The position numbers were made by a program, and so were the translations under genes. Below, piece after piece: positions 25,811-39,184 of a DNA stretch of 64,000 nt. Location: positions 15,562,001 through 15,626,000 of the forward strand of contig CATNEN010000039.1 in the NCBI GenBank assembly GCA_950097015.1, in the 5' to 3' direction. The DNA comes from Macrostomum hystrix (lineage: Eukaryota > Animalia > Platyhelminthes). The notes below the pieces were generated by a model. The model worked only from the letters and a program-made list of their open reading frames with translations, did not search any database and was not told where the DNA came from. Numbering within the stretch: position 1 is the first letter of the stretch; each line of letters begins with the position of its first letter.

Positions 25811-28800
25811 CCGTTCCCAATTCGGCTGATTCCGCAGCTAGGCGAGGGCCAGGACGCCCTTGTTCTGACAGCCCTGCTGGGCCTGGCCGGCTGCCTGCTG
25901 CTGTTGTACTTTTATCGCAAGTACTGGTCTGCTCAAGCTGGCCAGCTGGCCGGCTCTGGCGTTGCGGTCTCCTCCGTTGCTTCCGGACATTCTGCGGCGA
26001 CAGCGTCTGCGAACAGTCGCCGCGGTCGGCTGTCCATCCAGCGGAATCGCCAGCCATCTGGTTCCTCGCTGCAGCAGCAGCAGCCTACTAGATTGGCGTT
26101 TCGCAAACGCGACCGACTGAGTTACTGGCTGCGTCGGGTGATGCGACAGGCGGCGCCAAATCTGCCCTCGATGCCGAAGCTGCCGCATGGTGCTGACCTC
26201 ATGCAGCTTCTGCGACCTGGCGGTGGCCGTCAGCAGCAGCAGCAGCAGCAGCATCATCATCATCATCGAATGCTGGCAGAATTTCCCGACTATTTCCTGG
26301 AACCGGCCGATGTCGACGAAGACGCGGCCTGGCCGCCGCCGATGCTGAATGAATTCTACTTGGCCGTCAGGTCACTGCGCATCTTCGACGGCTTAGAGAA
26401 ATCCTTTCTATTGGAGCTGTGCAAATGCTTAGAAATTGTTCAGCTGCGCTTTGGCGAGACCCTGTTTAATGTTGGCGACGCCGACGGCGATTTATACATT
26501 GTGCAGCGCGGCCGAGTAAAACTCTTGTTGCTAAGCGGTCCCAGCGACGCGCCTACCATGGAGCAACAGTTTCACGAGTTTGGCGAGCATCAGGCGATCT
26601 GTTCACTGCTCAGCTTCCTCGAGGTGCTCACGGGTTCCAGCCCGATGCTGGCCTCTCTGCGAGCTGTTGTGGCCTCCACCGAATGTCGGGTTCTGCGCAT
26701 ACCGGCCGGTCGCCTGGCTGATCTCCTAGCCAAGCCGCAGCACCGGCTGACCATGGTTCGAATCGTGCAGCTTATTGTTATTCGTCTGCAACGCGTCACT
26801 TTTCAAGCTCTGAACAATTATCTGGGCCTGACTGTTGAACTATTCTGTCCGGATTCTCAAGCTCAAACGAACTGTCGCGTGCTCAGCCTCCTATCCCAGG
26901 CTGCTGTCAATATGGCCCCCCTAAAGTTGGCCAAAACCTTTACAGCTTCGTCAAGATCCAACACGCCGGGCTTGAAATCGGCACCAACCGAAGCTATTCC
27001 CATTCGCGTCTTTCGTCGCTCCCGATCCCGATCAAAGTCTCCGTCGGCTGCTGCTGCCGCCGCTTCCGCCAGCGCTGACTATGGCGACCCCGGCGCTGCT
27101 TCCGACTCCGGCCAACTGTCGGATCGTCCCGAAGGCGCCAGCGTTGGCGACCCCAGCGACTTTGACGCCGCCGAGGAGACTGCCATGCGTCGACGACGTT
27201 TGCCGCTGCATCGTCAGCAACAGCAGCATCAGCAGCAGCAGCAGCATCGTCTTTATCGACCATCAGCTAGTGCTTCGTCGCCAGCTTCTGGCCGGGACAG
27301 CGGCAGCGACGGCGACGATGGAGCTGGCGATCAGCGATCGTTGCTGGCCATGGGCGAAGCGCCGCAAATTTCTAGCGGCCACTGTACACACCAGCACCGC
27401 CAGCGGCATCAGCAGCAGCAGCAGCGGCGCAGCAGATCTCGTCGAGGAGGTGCGTTGCTAGATTTTGCTTCACTAATGTGTCAGAAACAGTCTGACTAGC
27501 CTGAATTGTCAGGGATTTTTTGTCAGTGATCTGACTTACTTAACTTAGCTGCAGGGGGCATCCTCCGGATGCAGCGGGGAGGCGTTGCTGCCCATTCCGC
27601 TAGCCCCTGGCGACCAGGGGCAACTAAAGCTGCGGTATCGCGCAGGGGAATCCGGTGATGCCGGCGTCCGCAGCGCGGTCCTCCTCCGGAGAGTCCAGGA
27701 GGTGGAGAGTCGCTCGCCCGGTGGCCCTTAGGTAACGGACGAGCTACCATTTCTCAGGCCTGAAAACTACGGAGAGATCCGGGTTTGGGCCGAGATTGGT
27801 GAGCCTGTCCTGAGTGAAGGCCGGGCAGTCGCAAATAAAATGCTCTGCATCCTCAACGTACGATAGACAGAAAGGGCATTCCTCACTGCGGATTTTGCCT
27901 TGCAGGAAGCGGTGCCTGGCGAAACAGCCATGGCCAGAGAGGGCCATGGTTACTGCCCTGGTGTCCCTGCGGTTAAGTCCAAAACAGGGTTTTGCGGAGG
28001 GCAGTGGAGGGACAAGGAACAGCAGCGCGAGACTGCCGACAATCGGCGGTGTTGATCCACCTGGTCTTGTGCTTTGAGGCCACCCACTGGTTAATCCGAG
28101 TGTTGACGACGGCGGTAGGGGTGGAGACCGCAGGCACGGGGCCAAAAAGCGAACCCGTCAAACCGGCCTTGGCGTGGCTGTCGGCCAATTCCTTTCCGGG
28201 GTGGCCAGAGTGCCCTGGAATCCACCTTAGGGACACCTTGTTGTGGGTCCCTAAGTGGTTTGAGTTGCGCGACGCAGTCGAGGACTGTGCGCGAGCAGGT
28301 GTGCGTGCGTCCAAGGGCATGGATCGCCGCCTGTCAGAGACCTGACTGGCCTTTGACCCGACGAGCGAATCAATTGGAGTGTCGTAGAGGACCGCCCATT
28401 CCACTAGCCCCTGGAAGATCTGACTGGTCTTACCGTCACGGTCAGATCTGATGTGTCAGACACTCGCCAACTTGCCCGTGAACTCTCCTCCGTCGCAGAT
28501 GCCGACGCCGATTTGGCCGCTTTCGAAGCCTGCCAAGAAGAGCTGCTGTCAGCTGCCCAAGCCGATCTGACCGACCTGTTCGGCCTGTCCGAGCCTGACC
28601 TGCTGGACGGCCGGGTCAGTCTGGCCAATGTGCGAGCCGGTGCCAAGCTGGCTAAGCAGGGCGAGCATTCGCCTACGCTGTTTTACGTTGTCACCGGCCG
28701 GCTGGCTGTTACACAGAAGGTGCGATGCGCTGGGCAATGATTAACAATACCATAAACACCTGACCCTCAAATTGTCAGTCTCAGGCATTCACCCCACCAC

Positions 28801-31800
28801 ACATAGAAACCTGATCCACCCACCAGACCTTTCGGGCTTGAACCGTTCATCCACCTCATCTACGCGTCACTACGCACTGTGTACTTGACCAACCGCAACT
28901 TTCACTCTTTTAAAAAATCGTCAGGGCTACCAGGGCGCCAGTCCTCTATACACAGTTGGTCCCGGCGAGCTCTGCGGCATGATTGCCATACTGACTGGCG
29001 AGGCCTCACTATTCACCGTACGCTCCGATGCCGACCCATGCTGCGTTGCCGCCATTAGTAGCCGAGATTTCTACTCCCTGATGCGAGCCCAGCCCAGCAT
29101 TGTACTTCGTCTGGCGAGCTTAATTGTGCGCCGCTTGTCGCCATTCCTTCGTCAGGTGGACTTTGTGCTAGACTGGCTTTGCCTGGAGTCTGGGAAGCCG
29201 CTTTATAAGCAGGTGAGGAAATTTCTTGAGAAATAGTTGTGGTTGAAAATTTGTATTCTATAAATAGCAACCGGAATCTACAAAAAAAGGAATTATATAA
29301 AAGGCAATCGGAGTTCTATAAATAGAAATCGGAGTTCTATAAATAGAAATCGGAGTTCTATAAATAGAAATCGGAGTTCTAAAAATAGAAATGGGAATTT
29401 GATTGGAATTAGGATTCCATTGATTGGAACTGTGATTTCACCTAAAACTGGGATTCCACGTTTGGAGCTGGGATTCCATTAATAGAAAACGGGATTCCCA
29501 AATTAGAAGGCTACACTGCGCTGATATTCGAACCCCCGACGTCCAGTTCAGAAAGAAGAAAATTTAAAGAACTTGGCTACAAAGCTTCCTAAATAAATTC
29601 CCTCCTTCATTCCTCCATCCAGGGCGACATTGCCAACGCTGTCTACCTGCTGCTTCACGGTCGTCTGCGTCAGGCGCACACCACTCCGCAGGGCCACAAG
29701 GAGCTCACAGCCGAGCTGGGTCGCGGCGATCTAGTCGGCTTCCTGGAAGTGTTTACAGCCAGGCCTAGGGCCACCACCGTGCTGGCCGTTCGCGACAGCG
29801 AATTGGCCGCTATCCCAGTGGACCTATTGGACACTATCAAACGTCGGCATCCGTATATTGTTACTAGGCTAACTACGCTAGTGTCACAATGGTTGCTAGG
29901 CAATATTGTTGATAATCCGGCCGAGTCCAGGCCTGGCAGAGAATTCGATCTTTATCGCCTACCAATGTCCAATCTGCGGTCAGTGGCCCTGTTTCCTGCG
30001 AGCGCTAAGGTTGGTCGGCTTGCTTATCTCTTGTGTTTATTTAGGGTCTATGACCGTAGGTCTATGACAGTAGGTCCATGATCGCAATGGCCATATCGCA
30101 ATGACCGTATTGCAATAGCCGTATCTGAATGACCGTATCTAAATGACCATTTATATAAATGACCGTATCTAAATGACCATTTATATAAATGACCGTATCT
30201 AAATGACCATTTATATATATATATTTCTTTCGACCGCAGATCTATGAACGTATACTTCTATATAATCGATATACTAACATACAAAAAATACGATAACCGT
30301 AGATCTAAGGCATAATTAAGACAGACTAGGATCCATTTTGAATTACTGGTGATCCTCGATCGTACATGTTTGACCTCAGGTACCGCTCGAGGCCTTCTCG
30401 CTGGAGCTGCAGCACTCCCTGTCCACCATCGGTGCTAGCCTGCGTTTGACTTCGCAAATCATGCTGAAACGCTTCGGTCGCCGGGCTTTCGACCGCGATC
30501 AGGAGTACCGTGTCACCAGCTGGCTGGCCCAACAGGAGGACGACCACCGCCTGCTGTTGTACCTGTGCGATCTGGACAAAACTGCCTGGACCAAGCGTTG
30601 CATCAGGCAGGCCGACTGTCTGCTGATCGTTACTCTAGCCAATGATCGGGCTGAGGCTATGGATCACGTGCGCAGGGTTGTACTGCCAGACTCGTGTCGA
30701 GTACTGAATATGCTCATTCTGCTGCATAAGGAGACTACACTCTATCCGACACCTGGTGGGTGACCCCATTTTATGCCATACCATGGAATACGCCCTGAAA
30801 CCTGAAGTCTACCTGAACCCACCCTGAACCCACCCTGAACCTAACCTGAACCCAACCTGAACCCTAGTTTACTGAACCCAACCTAAACCCTAGTTTACTG
30901 AACCCAACCTAAACCCTAGTTTACTGAACCCAACCTGAACCCTAGTTTACTGAACCCAACCTGAACCCTAGTCTACTGAACCCAACCTGAACCCTAGTTT
31001 ACTGAACCCAACCTGAACCCTAGTTTACTGAACCCAACCTGAACCCTAGTCTACTGAACCCAACCTAAACCCTAGTTTACTGAACCCAACCTGAACCCTA
31101 GTTTACTGAACCCAACCTGAACCCTAGTTTACTGAACCCAACCTGAACCCTAGTTTACTGAAACCAACCTGAACCCAACCTGAACCCTAGTTTACTGAAC
31201 CTTAGGTTACTGAATCCTAGGTTTCTGAACCCAACCTGAACCCTAGTTTACTGAACCCAACCGGAACTCTAGTTTACTGAACCCAACCTGAACCCTAGTT
31301 TACTGAACCTTAGGTTACTGAATCCTAGGTTTCTGAACCCAACCTGAACCCTAGTTTACTGAATCCTAGATTGCTGAATCCTAGATTGCTGAATCCTAGA
31401 TTACTGAATCCTAGATTACTTAACCCTAGTCTACTGAACCCGACTTAAACCCAGAGTTACTAACACCCAACTCTTTCGCAGGCAAAACAGGCGAGCTTCT
31501 AAACCGTGCCTCCGAGCCACTTGGCGACAATCGGCTAGTTATTCAGCAGCATCTGCACGTACGCGCACCTAAGAGAATGTTCAGCCGAAGGCGTGGCACC
31601 GCAGCTGGCTTCAGCTCTAGTCGACTATTGGAAGTGTATCGGTTAGTGGAATAATGCATTCATTTTTCAACCAGAAGTCATTTGCTACGTCACCGGGTCG
31701 GCAAACTCTGGCTCGCAAGCCAGATGCTGCCTTCGAGGCTTTCAAATCCAGCCCGTTGCCCCTTCCGACACCTACAATATCCTGTCTCATCTTCCCCTGT

Positions 31801-34800
31801 TTCATCCATCCTCTGTCTCATCTCTCCCGTGTCTCATCTTTCCCGTGTCTCCTCTCTCCCGTGTCTCATCTCTCCCGTGTCTCATCTCTCCCGAGTCTCA
31901 TCTCTCCCGTGTCTCATCTTTCCCGTGTCTCATCTCTCTCGTGTCTCATCTCTCCCGAGTCTCATCTCTCCCGTGTCTCATGTCTCCCGTGTCTCATCTC
32001 TCCCGTGTCTCATGTCTCCCGTGTCTCATCTCTCCCCTGTCTCATCTCTCCCGTGTCTCATCTCTCCCGTGTCTCATGTCTCCCGTTTCTTATCTCTCCC
32101 CTGTCTCATCTCTCCCGTGTCTCATCTCTCCCCTGTCTCATCTCTCCCCTGTCTCATCTCTCCCCTGTCTCATCTCTCCCCTGTCTCATCTCTCCCGTGT
32201 CTCATGTCTCCCGTGTCTCATCTCTCCCGTGTCTCATGTCTCCCGTGTCTCATCTCTCCCCTGTCTCATCTCTCCCCTGTCTCATCTCTCCCCTGTCTCA
32301 TCTCTCCCCTGTCTCATCGTCTTGTCGTCTTTTAGTTTGTCTCTTTGGCCCGCTAGCGAATAAGTTTGCCGACCCGTGAGCTACGTCATTTCTCCGAGCA
32401 TTGATACATTCTTTCTTCCATCCAATCAGGCGCGTCTTCGCCAACCCGCCCGACCCAATGTCTGACATGTCTCGCCTAGCCCGCCTAGTAACTAACACAG
32501 CCGTCGGCCTAGTACTCGGCGGTGGCGGGGCCAGGGGCATTGCTCATGTTGGCATTGTGCGAGCCCTTACAGAGCACGGCATCCCGATTGACATGGTCGG
32601 AGGCACCAGCATCGGGTCATTCATGGGCGCCCTATGGGCTGACGAGACTCGCCTAGAGGGTTTCGAATCCAGGGCTCGTCAGTTCTCAAAGGAGATGAGC
32701 AGCCTATGGAATAAGCTGATAGATCTGACCTATCCCCAGACTGCCATGTTCACTGGCCGGACCTTCAACCGTGGCATTGAAGCCGTGTTTGGCAATCGCT
32801 GCATCGAAGATCTGTGGCTGCCTTATTTCTGTGTCACAACAGACATTACCAAGTCTCAAATGCGGGTTCACACTAGCGGCTCATTGTGGCGCTACGTGCG
32901 TGCCAGCATGTCCCTTAGCGGCTACCTGCCTCCATTGTGCGATCCGGCCACGGGTAATCTGCTGTTGGACGGCGGCTATGTCAATAACCTGCCAGCCGAT
33001 GTTATGAAAGCCAAATTTGCCCCTTCGACAATTTTCGCTGTGGATGTCGGCTCGCAGGACGAGACCAATTTGACTAATTATGGCGACGAATTGTCCGGCT
33101 GGTGGCTGCTCTACAAACGATTGAATCCGTTTGCTACTAAGGTGATATAATTTAATGTTTCTTCAACTTTCACATACTTAGCATTATGATTGATTTAGTT
33201 AAGTAATCAATCTTTTGTTAAGTATTGCTCTTTTCTACCGGCTAAAATCGCCACATATATTAATTTGATCACCTTAGTTATCAGACCAATTATTACACCT
33301 TAATTATCGGACAATCATTCCACCTATTGACACCCGCTCAATTCTATTACCTTGAGCTGCTCACCTCTCTCGACCAATTTTACACCTTAATTATTGGACC
33401 AATTATTGCACCTTTAATTATTGGACCAATTATTGCACCTTTAATTATTGGACCAATTATTGCACCTTTAATTATTGGACCAATTATTGCACCTTTAATT
33501 ATTGGACCAATTATTACACCTTTAATTATTGGACCAATTATTACACCTTTAATTATTGGACCAATTATTACACCTTTAATTATTGGACCAATTATTACAC
33601 CTTTAATTATTGGACCAATTATTACACCTTAAATTATTGAAACAATTATTGCACCTTTAATTATTGGACCAATTATTACACCTTTAATTATTGGACCAAT
33701 TATTACACCTTTAATTATTGGACCAATTATTACACCTTTAATTATTGGACCAATTATTACACCTTTAATTATTGGACCAATTATTGCACATTTTCTGGGC
33801 TCAATTTCCTATCTCTCATCTCTCCTGTGTCTAATATCTCACCTTTTTAATCGGAAAAAAATATTTCGCTATTTGACACCTCAGTTATCTCACCTTGAAT
33901 ATCGGACCAATTATTTCACCTTTCGACACCTTGCCTAATTATCTTAATTTTCAGTCCAGCTATTGCACCCGCTCAATTCTCTCACCTATCCGTAGGTGAA
34001 CGTGCCCAACCTGACTGAGATCCAATCCCGCCTGGCCTACGTATCCTGCGTTCGCCAATTAGAGCGCGTCAAAACTGACGGCCTATGCGAGTACATGCGC
34101 CCCCCTATTGAGCGCTATGCCACCTTGCAGTTCGGCTCCTTTGAAGAGATCTACCAGGTTGGCTATCGCTACGCTCTGGAGGCTATTGGCAAGTGGAGCC
34201 GGTCTAAGAAACTGCCCGTGTTCAAACGACAGGTGAGAAACCTTGTGCTCATTGTCCAGTCAAATTTTGATCGAAGTCTCTCAGACTCAAACCTTTACAG
34301 ATCATCATTTTCTGTGTTGAATCCAGATTTCTCTCATATTCTTTATTATCCGAGAGCAAATCATCTTACTTGTGTCCAATTCACATTGATCTTCTCTTCA
34401 ATTCCTCCATTCTCCCAGATCTTCTATTTTCTCAGATCCTCTTTTCTCCCAGATAATCTTTTCTCCCAGATCTTTTTTTCTCCCAGATCCCGTTTTCTCC
34501 CAAATCCTCTTTTCTCCCAGATCCTCTTTTCTCTCAGATCCTCTTTTCTCCCAGATCCTCTTTTCTCCCAGATCCTCTTTTCTCCCAGATCCTCTTTTCT
34601 CCCAGATCCTCTTTTCTCCCAGATCCTATTTTCTCCCAGATAATCTTTTCTCCCAGATCCTCTTTTGTCCCAGATCCTCTTTTTTCCCAGATCCTATTTT
34701 CTCCCAGATCCTCTTTTTTCCCAGATCCTTTTTTCTCCCAGATCCTCTTTTCTCCCAGATCCCTTTTCTCCCAGATCCTCTTTTCTCCCAGATCCTCTTT

Positions 34801-35941
34801 TCTCATAGATCCTCTTTTCTCCCAGATCCTCTTTTCTCCCAGATCCCCTTTTCTCCCAGATCCTTTTTTCTCCCAGATCCTCTTTTCTCCCAGATCCTCT
34901 TTTCTTCCAGATCCTCTTTTCTCCCAGATAATCTTTTCTCCCAGATCCTTTTTTCTCCCAGATCCTTTTTTCTCCCAGATCCTCTTTTCTCCCAGATAAT
35001 CTTTTCTCCCAGATCCTCTTTTCTCCCAGATCCCCTTTTCTCCCAGATTTTTAATTTTCCCAGATCCTTCATTTTCCCTGATCCTTCATTTTCCCTGATC
35101 CTTCATTTTCCCTGATCCTTCATGTTCCCTGATCCTCTCCCAAAGCCAAATACTTGAAGTAGTTATATTTTGTCGCGTCTATCAGGTCTACAGTTTCCCA
35201 AATATTCCTCTCAAACCGTTTTCAACACCACTACTTGCATCCTCAAAATGCGCCCAACCGCAGGTGAGCCGTCAACTATCCGATCCTATGCAGGCATCAT
35301 CTTCGGCTGTCAACAATCCCAGCGCGGCCGCGGCAGCAGCCGCCGCCGCGGCAGCCGTGGCGGCCACTGCGCCCGAAGAGGCGCCGCCTTCGTTGCGCTT
35401 CACCGACCTGGCCGAGATGCTGTGCCGCATCGACAATCCGACCACGGGCGGCTCCGCTTCCCGGCTCAACGCCAGCAGGACAAACGGCGGCAGTTACTAC
35501 TTCGCCGATTCCGACGGCGAGGCGCCCGTTGTCTGGTCCGACGGCTGCCTCGATGATTCGTCAACTAACGACGACGGCGAGGATTACGACGACACAGTCA
35601 GCGGCGCCTTAATCGCTGCCTCGGCCTCGGCCGAATTCGGCGCGGATGGAGTTGCCGACTGCGCCGACGGCGATAGGCAGCACTTCAGCGACCCGGAGCT
35701 ATTCGGCGAGGCCGACAATGACGACTATGGCGGCGACAGCGAGGATGATGAGCTCGACAATTTCAACGGCGACGCTGGTGTCGACGACGACGCCACTGGC
35801 CGACGAAACGGAAAGCGTCGTCAGCGTCGAATTATTCGCCATTCGGTGCATGCTGCCTCCATGGCGGCCTCCATCGCCGCGGGTAAGAAGGCCGTACAGT
35901 TCAGCTTCGATGATGGCCAACTGGTGCGGGGCTCGCTATGA
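25811..35941 (+). CDS. PNPLA6: Neuropathy target esterase / swiss cheese, patatin-like phospholipase PNPLA6/7 family (about 1590 aa)
   Basis: Exons 25811-27449, about 28418-28719 (acceptor uncertain, 28408 is possible), 28925-29212, 29623-30009, 30380-30755, 31482-31641, 32430-33141, 33996-34232 and 35264-35941. N-terminal TM anchor ([19 protein letters not shown]), three cNMP-binding domains, patatin motifs GGGARG, GTSIG and DGG, and C-terminal FTDLAE. The start codon is not present in this exon. Confidence 0.93.
27537..28331 (-). mobile_element. 5'-truncated non-LTR retrotransposon (RNase H plus CCHC finger; I/Loa/R1-type) in NTE intron 1
   Basis: Frameshifted minus-strand coding QAAIHAL...[23 protein letters not shown] (RNase H) and LSGHG...CPFC...[10 protein letters not shown], stop at 27744, then a 3' UTR and TAAG-type tail near 27537-27547. 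Flanked by near-identical 16-mers at 27521-27536 and 28332-28347 (TSD, 2 mismatches). Confidence 0.88.
29305..29400. repeat. Short 21 bp repeat (AAATAGAAATCGGAGTTCTAT) in NTE intron 3
   Basis: About 4 copies. Confidence 0.75.
30128..30216. repeat. 30 bp repeat (AATGACCGTATCTAAATGACCATTTATATA) in NTE intron 4
   Basis: 3 copies. Confidence 0.75.
30810..31450. repeat. 26 bp minisatellite GAACCCAACCTGAACCCTAGTTTACT in NTE intron 5
   Basis: Tandem array with degenerate edges. Confidence 0.92.
31812..32317. repeat. 16 bp minisatellite GTCTCATCTCTCCC(G/C)T in NTE intron 6
   Basis: About 31 copies; the same family occurs reversed at 57655-57950. Confidence 0.95.
33383..33790. repeat. 27 bp AT-rich minisatellite CACCTTTAATTATTGGACCAATTATT(G/A) in NTE intron 7
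   Basis: About 15 copies. Confidence 0.95.
34410..35135. repeat. 17-18 bp minisatellite TTTTCTCCCAGATCCTC in NTE intron 8
   Basis: Tandem array ending in a related CCCTGATCCTTCATTTT variant. Confidence 0.92.
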
Positions 35942-36462
35942 GCTCGCCGGTTTGCAAGCCTGTCTGAATGTAGTCGGCGACTGCAATGACTGTTTTTTAA
36001 TTGCGCTTAAATTAATCTGCCAAAATTTTATCCTGCTTGGCCAGATTTTTTCGTTTTCTTGATCATTCCTTGTCTTCGCTCATATTTTTGTTCTATTTTT
36101 TTTCAGTCACCTTGTGTATTATTGTACTGCCTGATGAGAATACTGATTTTTTCCGGTAGTCAGTTTATTACTTTTTAATTCGCAATCGAAACAATTTGTG
36201 CAACTTTTCGGTTACTTTTTATACTCCTATAAGTATTCCCATATTCCTCATCTTCTGCCCTTCAAGGTTTCCTCTTTAATAGAAACGAATCGCAATCGGC
36301 ATTTTTGGTTTTTCGTTATCTGCCGTTTACCTTAAAGTCGCTTATTCTGTAGTTCAAGTCGTTCGTTCACTTTAACTGAATGGTAAAATTACCGCTCACT
36401 TTTTGGTATTTCTGTTTCTTTGACTTCATTAAAATTGCTTCGAAGTTAGTACAATAATAACG

Positions 36463-36935
36463 CCCCCAAATCAACCGTGCCGGCTGTCTGCCGCCAGTGT
36501 ACATTCACACCCCCAAATCAACCCTGCCAGCTGTCTGCCCCCAGTGTAAATTCACACCCCCAAATCAACCCTGCCAGCTGTCTGCCCCCAGTGTAAATTC
36601 ACACCCCCAAATCAACCTAGGCCCCGAGTGTACATTCACACTCCAAATCAACCCTGCCAGCTGTCTGCCCCCAGTGTACATTCACACCCCCAAATCAACC
36701 CTGCCAGCTGTCTGCCCCCAGTGTACATTCACACCCCAAATCAACCTAGGCCCCGAGTGTACATTCACACCCCAAATCAACCCTGCCAGCTGTCTGCCCC
36801 CAGTGTACATTCACACCCCAAATCAACCCTGCCAGCTGTCTGCCCCCAGTGTACATTCACACCCCCAAATCAACCTAGGCCCCGAGTGTACATTCACACC
36901 CCAAATCAACCCTGCCAGCTGTCTGCCCCCAGTCA
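36463..36935. repeat. Composite repeat of about 37 and 46 bp units (CCCCAAATCAACCCTGCCAGCTGTCTGCCCCCAGTGTACATTCACA) between NTE and PRELID1
   Basis: About 11 mixed units. Confidence 0.92.
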
Positions 36936-37845
36936 CACCAATGAATGTTCAGTATCCCTTCTCTCGATTAATTTTTCGGAGTTATTTAGTCCAAAAATTG
37001 TTATTGGCCTTTTCGCCATTTGATTCAGATCATTAGTAGAAGTAGCCGTGCAATCTATTATGTGCTTTAAGTACTGTTAATTATTAACTGTTAAGTACTT
37101 GCTTGATTGCTGCATACCCCGGTTCTAATTCAGTTTGCTTTCATGTCGCTTGACTTTCTAGTGCTCGTTTACGAGTGTAGTTTCTACTAGAAGTTAAAAA
37201 AAGATTTTTTTGATGTTGCTTATAGCGAATTTTTTCGCACAATTTCCGCGTCTTCGCTGAGCTATCACAAAAATTGATTTTATGTACTTTAGTGTTATCA
37301 ATGTTCCATGGCTTTTCATTAACTTTACTTCACATAGTACAATGTGTATTGATAATTATTTATTCTGTTACTTATTTCTTAATCTGAAGTAAAATAATTT
37401 ACATTTTCACCTTTCATAAAATATATTTTCAAATTTATTAATTTTCCAGGTGATAGATCGAACATTGTGTTTGTCTTTTTATCTTTGAATTAGCACTCTG
37501 TGAACTACTTATATAGTACATGATGTTCGAACTCATGGTTCTGCAACCCCCTGGTCAAAAACCTGCTGAAATGACTTCTGGCACATCTGATTCCCTGTCT
37601 CATCTCTCCTCCCTTTCCCATCTCTTGCCTGTCAATCCCACAGAACTTACCTGAGGTCGATCCGGCCCTTTCGTCCTAATGAACTTCTTGACCCTCGAGG
37701 TACAGGTAGTTTCGGCTCCTGATTGGTGTGTTTTTCCTAGATTATTATTCTCTGCACCTTTGTTCAAAAAATATTTTATGTAAAAAATACATTCTTTTTT
37801 TCAGTCGCCTTTTCGGTTCGCGAATCAATCAATCAATTGATCAAC

Positions 37846-39184
37846 ATGACAGATAACAATCAATTGTCACTAACCCAAATATTGCCATTCAGCTGGGACC
37901 AGGTTTGCCTAGCATTCTGGCGCCGCTATCCTAATCCCTATGCTAAGCACATTGTAGCCGAGGACGTCATCGAGAGGCGCATTGTGGATGGCCGCCTGCA
38001 CACCCGGCGACTCATTGTTAAGCAGCGCTCTCCCGGAGCCCTGCCCAGATACTTGAAATCTTTGGCTGGCAAGTGCGAGACCGTTGTGGAAGATTCCATT
38101 ATAGATCCGGCAGCGAAAACCATTGTCACCACTACTAGGAATGTGGGCAGGCTCAGCAGGTTGGGCATTTTCACTGAGACCGTGCACTACACTCCCAGCG
38201 GAGAGGAGACCAATGTAAGCTCAGAGAGATTGCCATTTTCGGGGGTTTGCCTTGTTCCCTCCTACCTGACTAGTGTACACGCCCTAACAAGCCACCCCAG
38301 AATCTCAAACCCCAGTGTACTAGCCCCAACAAGCCACCCCAGAATTTCTAACCCCAGTGCACACGCCCCAACAACCCACCCCCTAGAATCTCTAACCCCA
38401 GTGAACTAGCCCCAACAAGCCACCCCAGAATCTCTAACCCCAGTGCACACGCCCCAACAACCCACCCCCTAGAATCTCTAACCCCAGTGTACTAGCCCCA
38501 ACAAGCCACCCCAGAATCTCAAACCCCAGTGTACACGCCCCAACAAGCCACCCCAGAATCTCAAACCCCAGTGTACACGCCCCAACAAGCCACCCCAGAA
38601 TCTCAAACCCCAGTGTACACGCCCCAACAAGCCACCCCAGAATCTCAAACCCCAGTGTACACGCCCCAACAAGCCACCCCAGAATCTCAAACCCCAGTGT
38701 ACACGCCCCAACAAGCCACCACAGAATCTCTAACCCCAGTGTACACGCCCCAACAACCCACGCCTAGAATGTCTAACCCCATAGTAACTACGCTAGGAAC
38801 CCATTTTTAAAACATTTGATTCTGAGAATCAGTAGTCTGTCTTTCACTCTTTTTTATCCTTTCTGTTTTCAGGTTCAAAAAATCGTTGACCTCCGACCCG
38901 CTGTTCCCGTACCAGCCTGGCTGGAGCGCAAGGCCAACAATTACTTCATTAGCAAATACGTGAAACAGGTTGAGGAGACAAATCGCGGCTTTCTGCACGT
39001 GTTGCGCAACATGTTCCCAGTTGTGGCCGAGCGCGCGCTAGACAATTACAAAGCGAGTCAGGAATACGTCCGCTCCGCGCGTCAGTCTTTGAAAGAGCGC
39101 TTCAATCAAACTCGCGCCCGCAACGTGCTGGCTGGCAGATTGGTTCCCTGCATGTGTCCGGTGTGCTCCAGACCTGTAGCTTAA
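37846..39184 (+). CDS. PRELID1: PRELI/MSF1-domain mitochondrial lipid-transfer protein (about 226 aa)
   Basis: Exons 37846-38214 and 38873-39184, phase 0, GT-AG. SWDQVCLAFWRRYPNPYAKHIVAEDVIERR...LHTRRLIVK and VEDSIIDP...TRNV match the PRELID1/Ups1 pattern. Confidence 0.88.
38270..38780. repeat. 42 bp minisatellite (ACCCCAGTGTACACGCCCCAACAAGCCACCCCAGAATCTCAA) in the PRELID1 intron
   Basis: About 12 copies. Confidence 0.95.

Noticed and set aside
25735-27263. Antisense and alternate-frame ORFs overlapping NTE exon 1, and likewise those over the USP, PRELID1, PGAM5 and Src exons
   Set aside because: Expected by-products of GC-rich coding exons, with no independent motifs.
30810-31450. Interstitial telomeric repeat (AACCCTA motifs)
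   Set aside because: The motif is only part of a 26 bp monomer; there is no (TTAGGG)n run.
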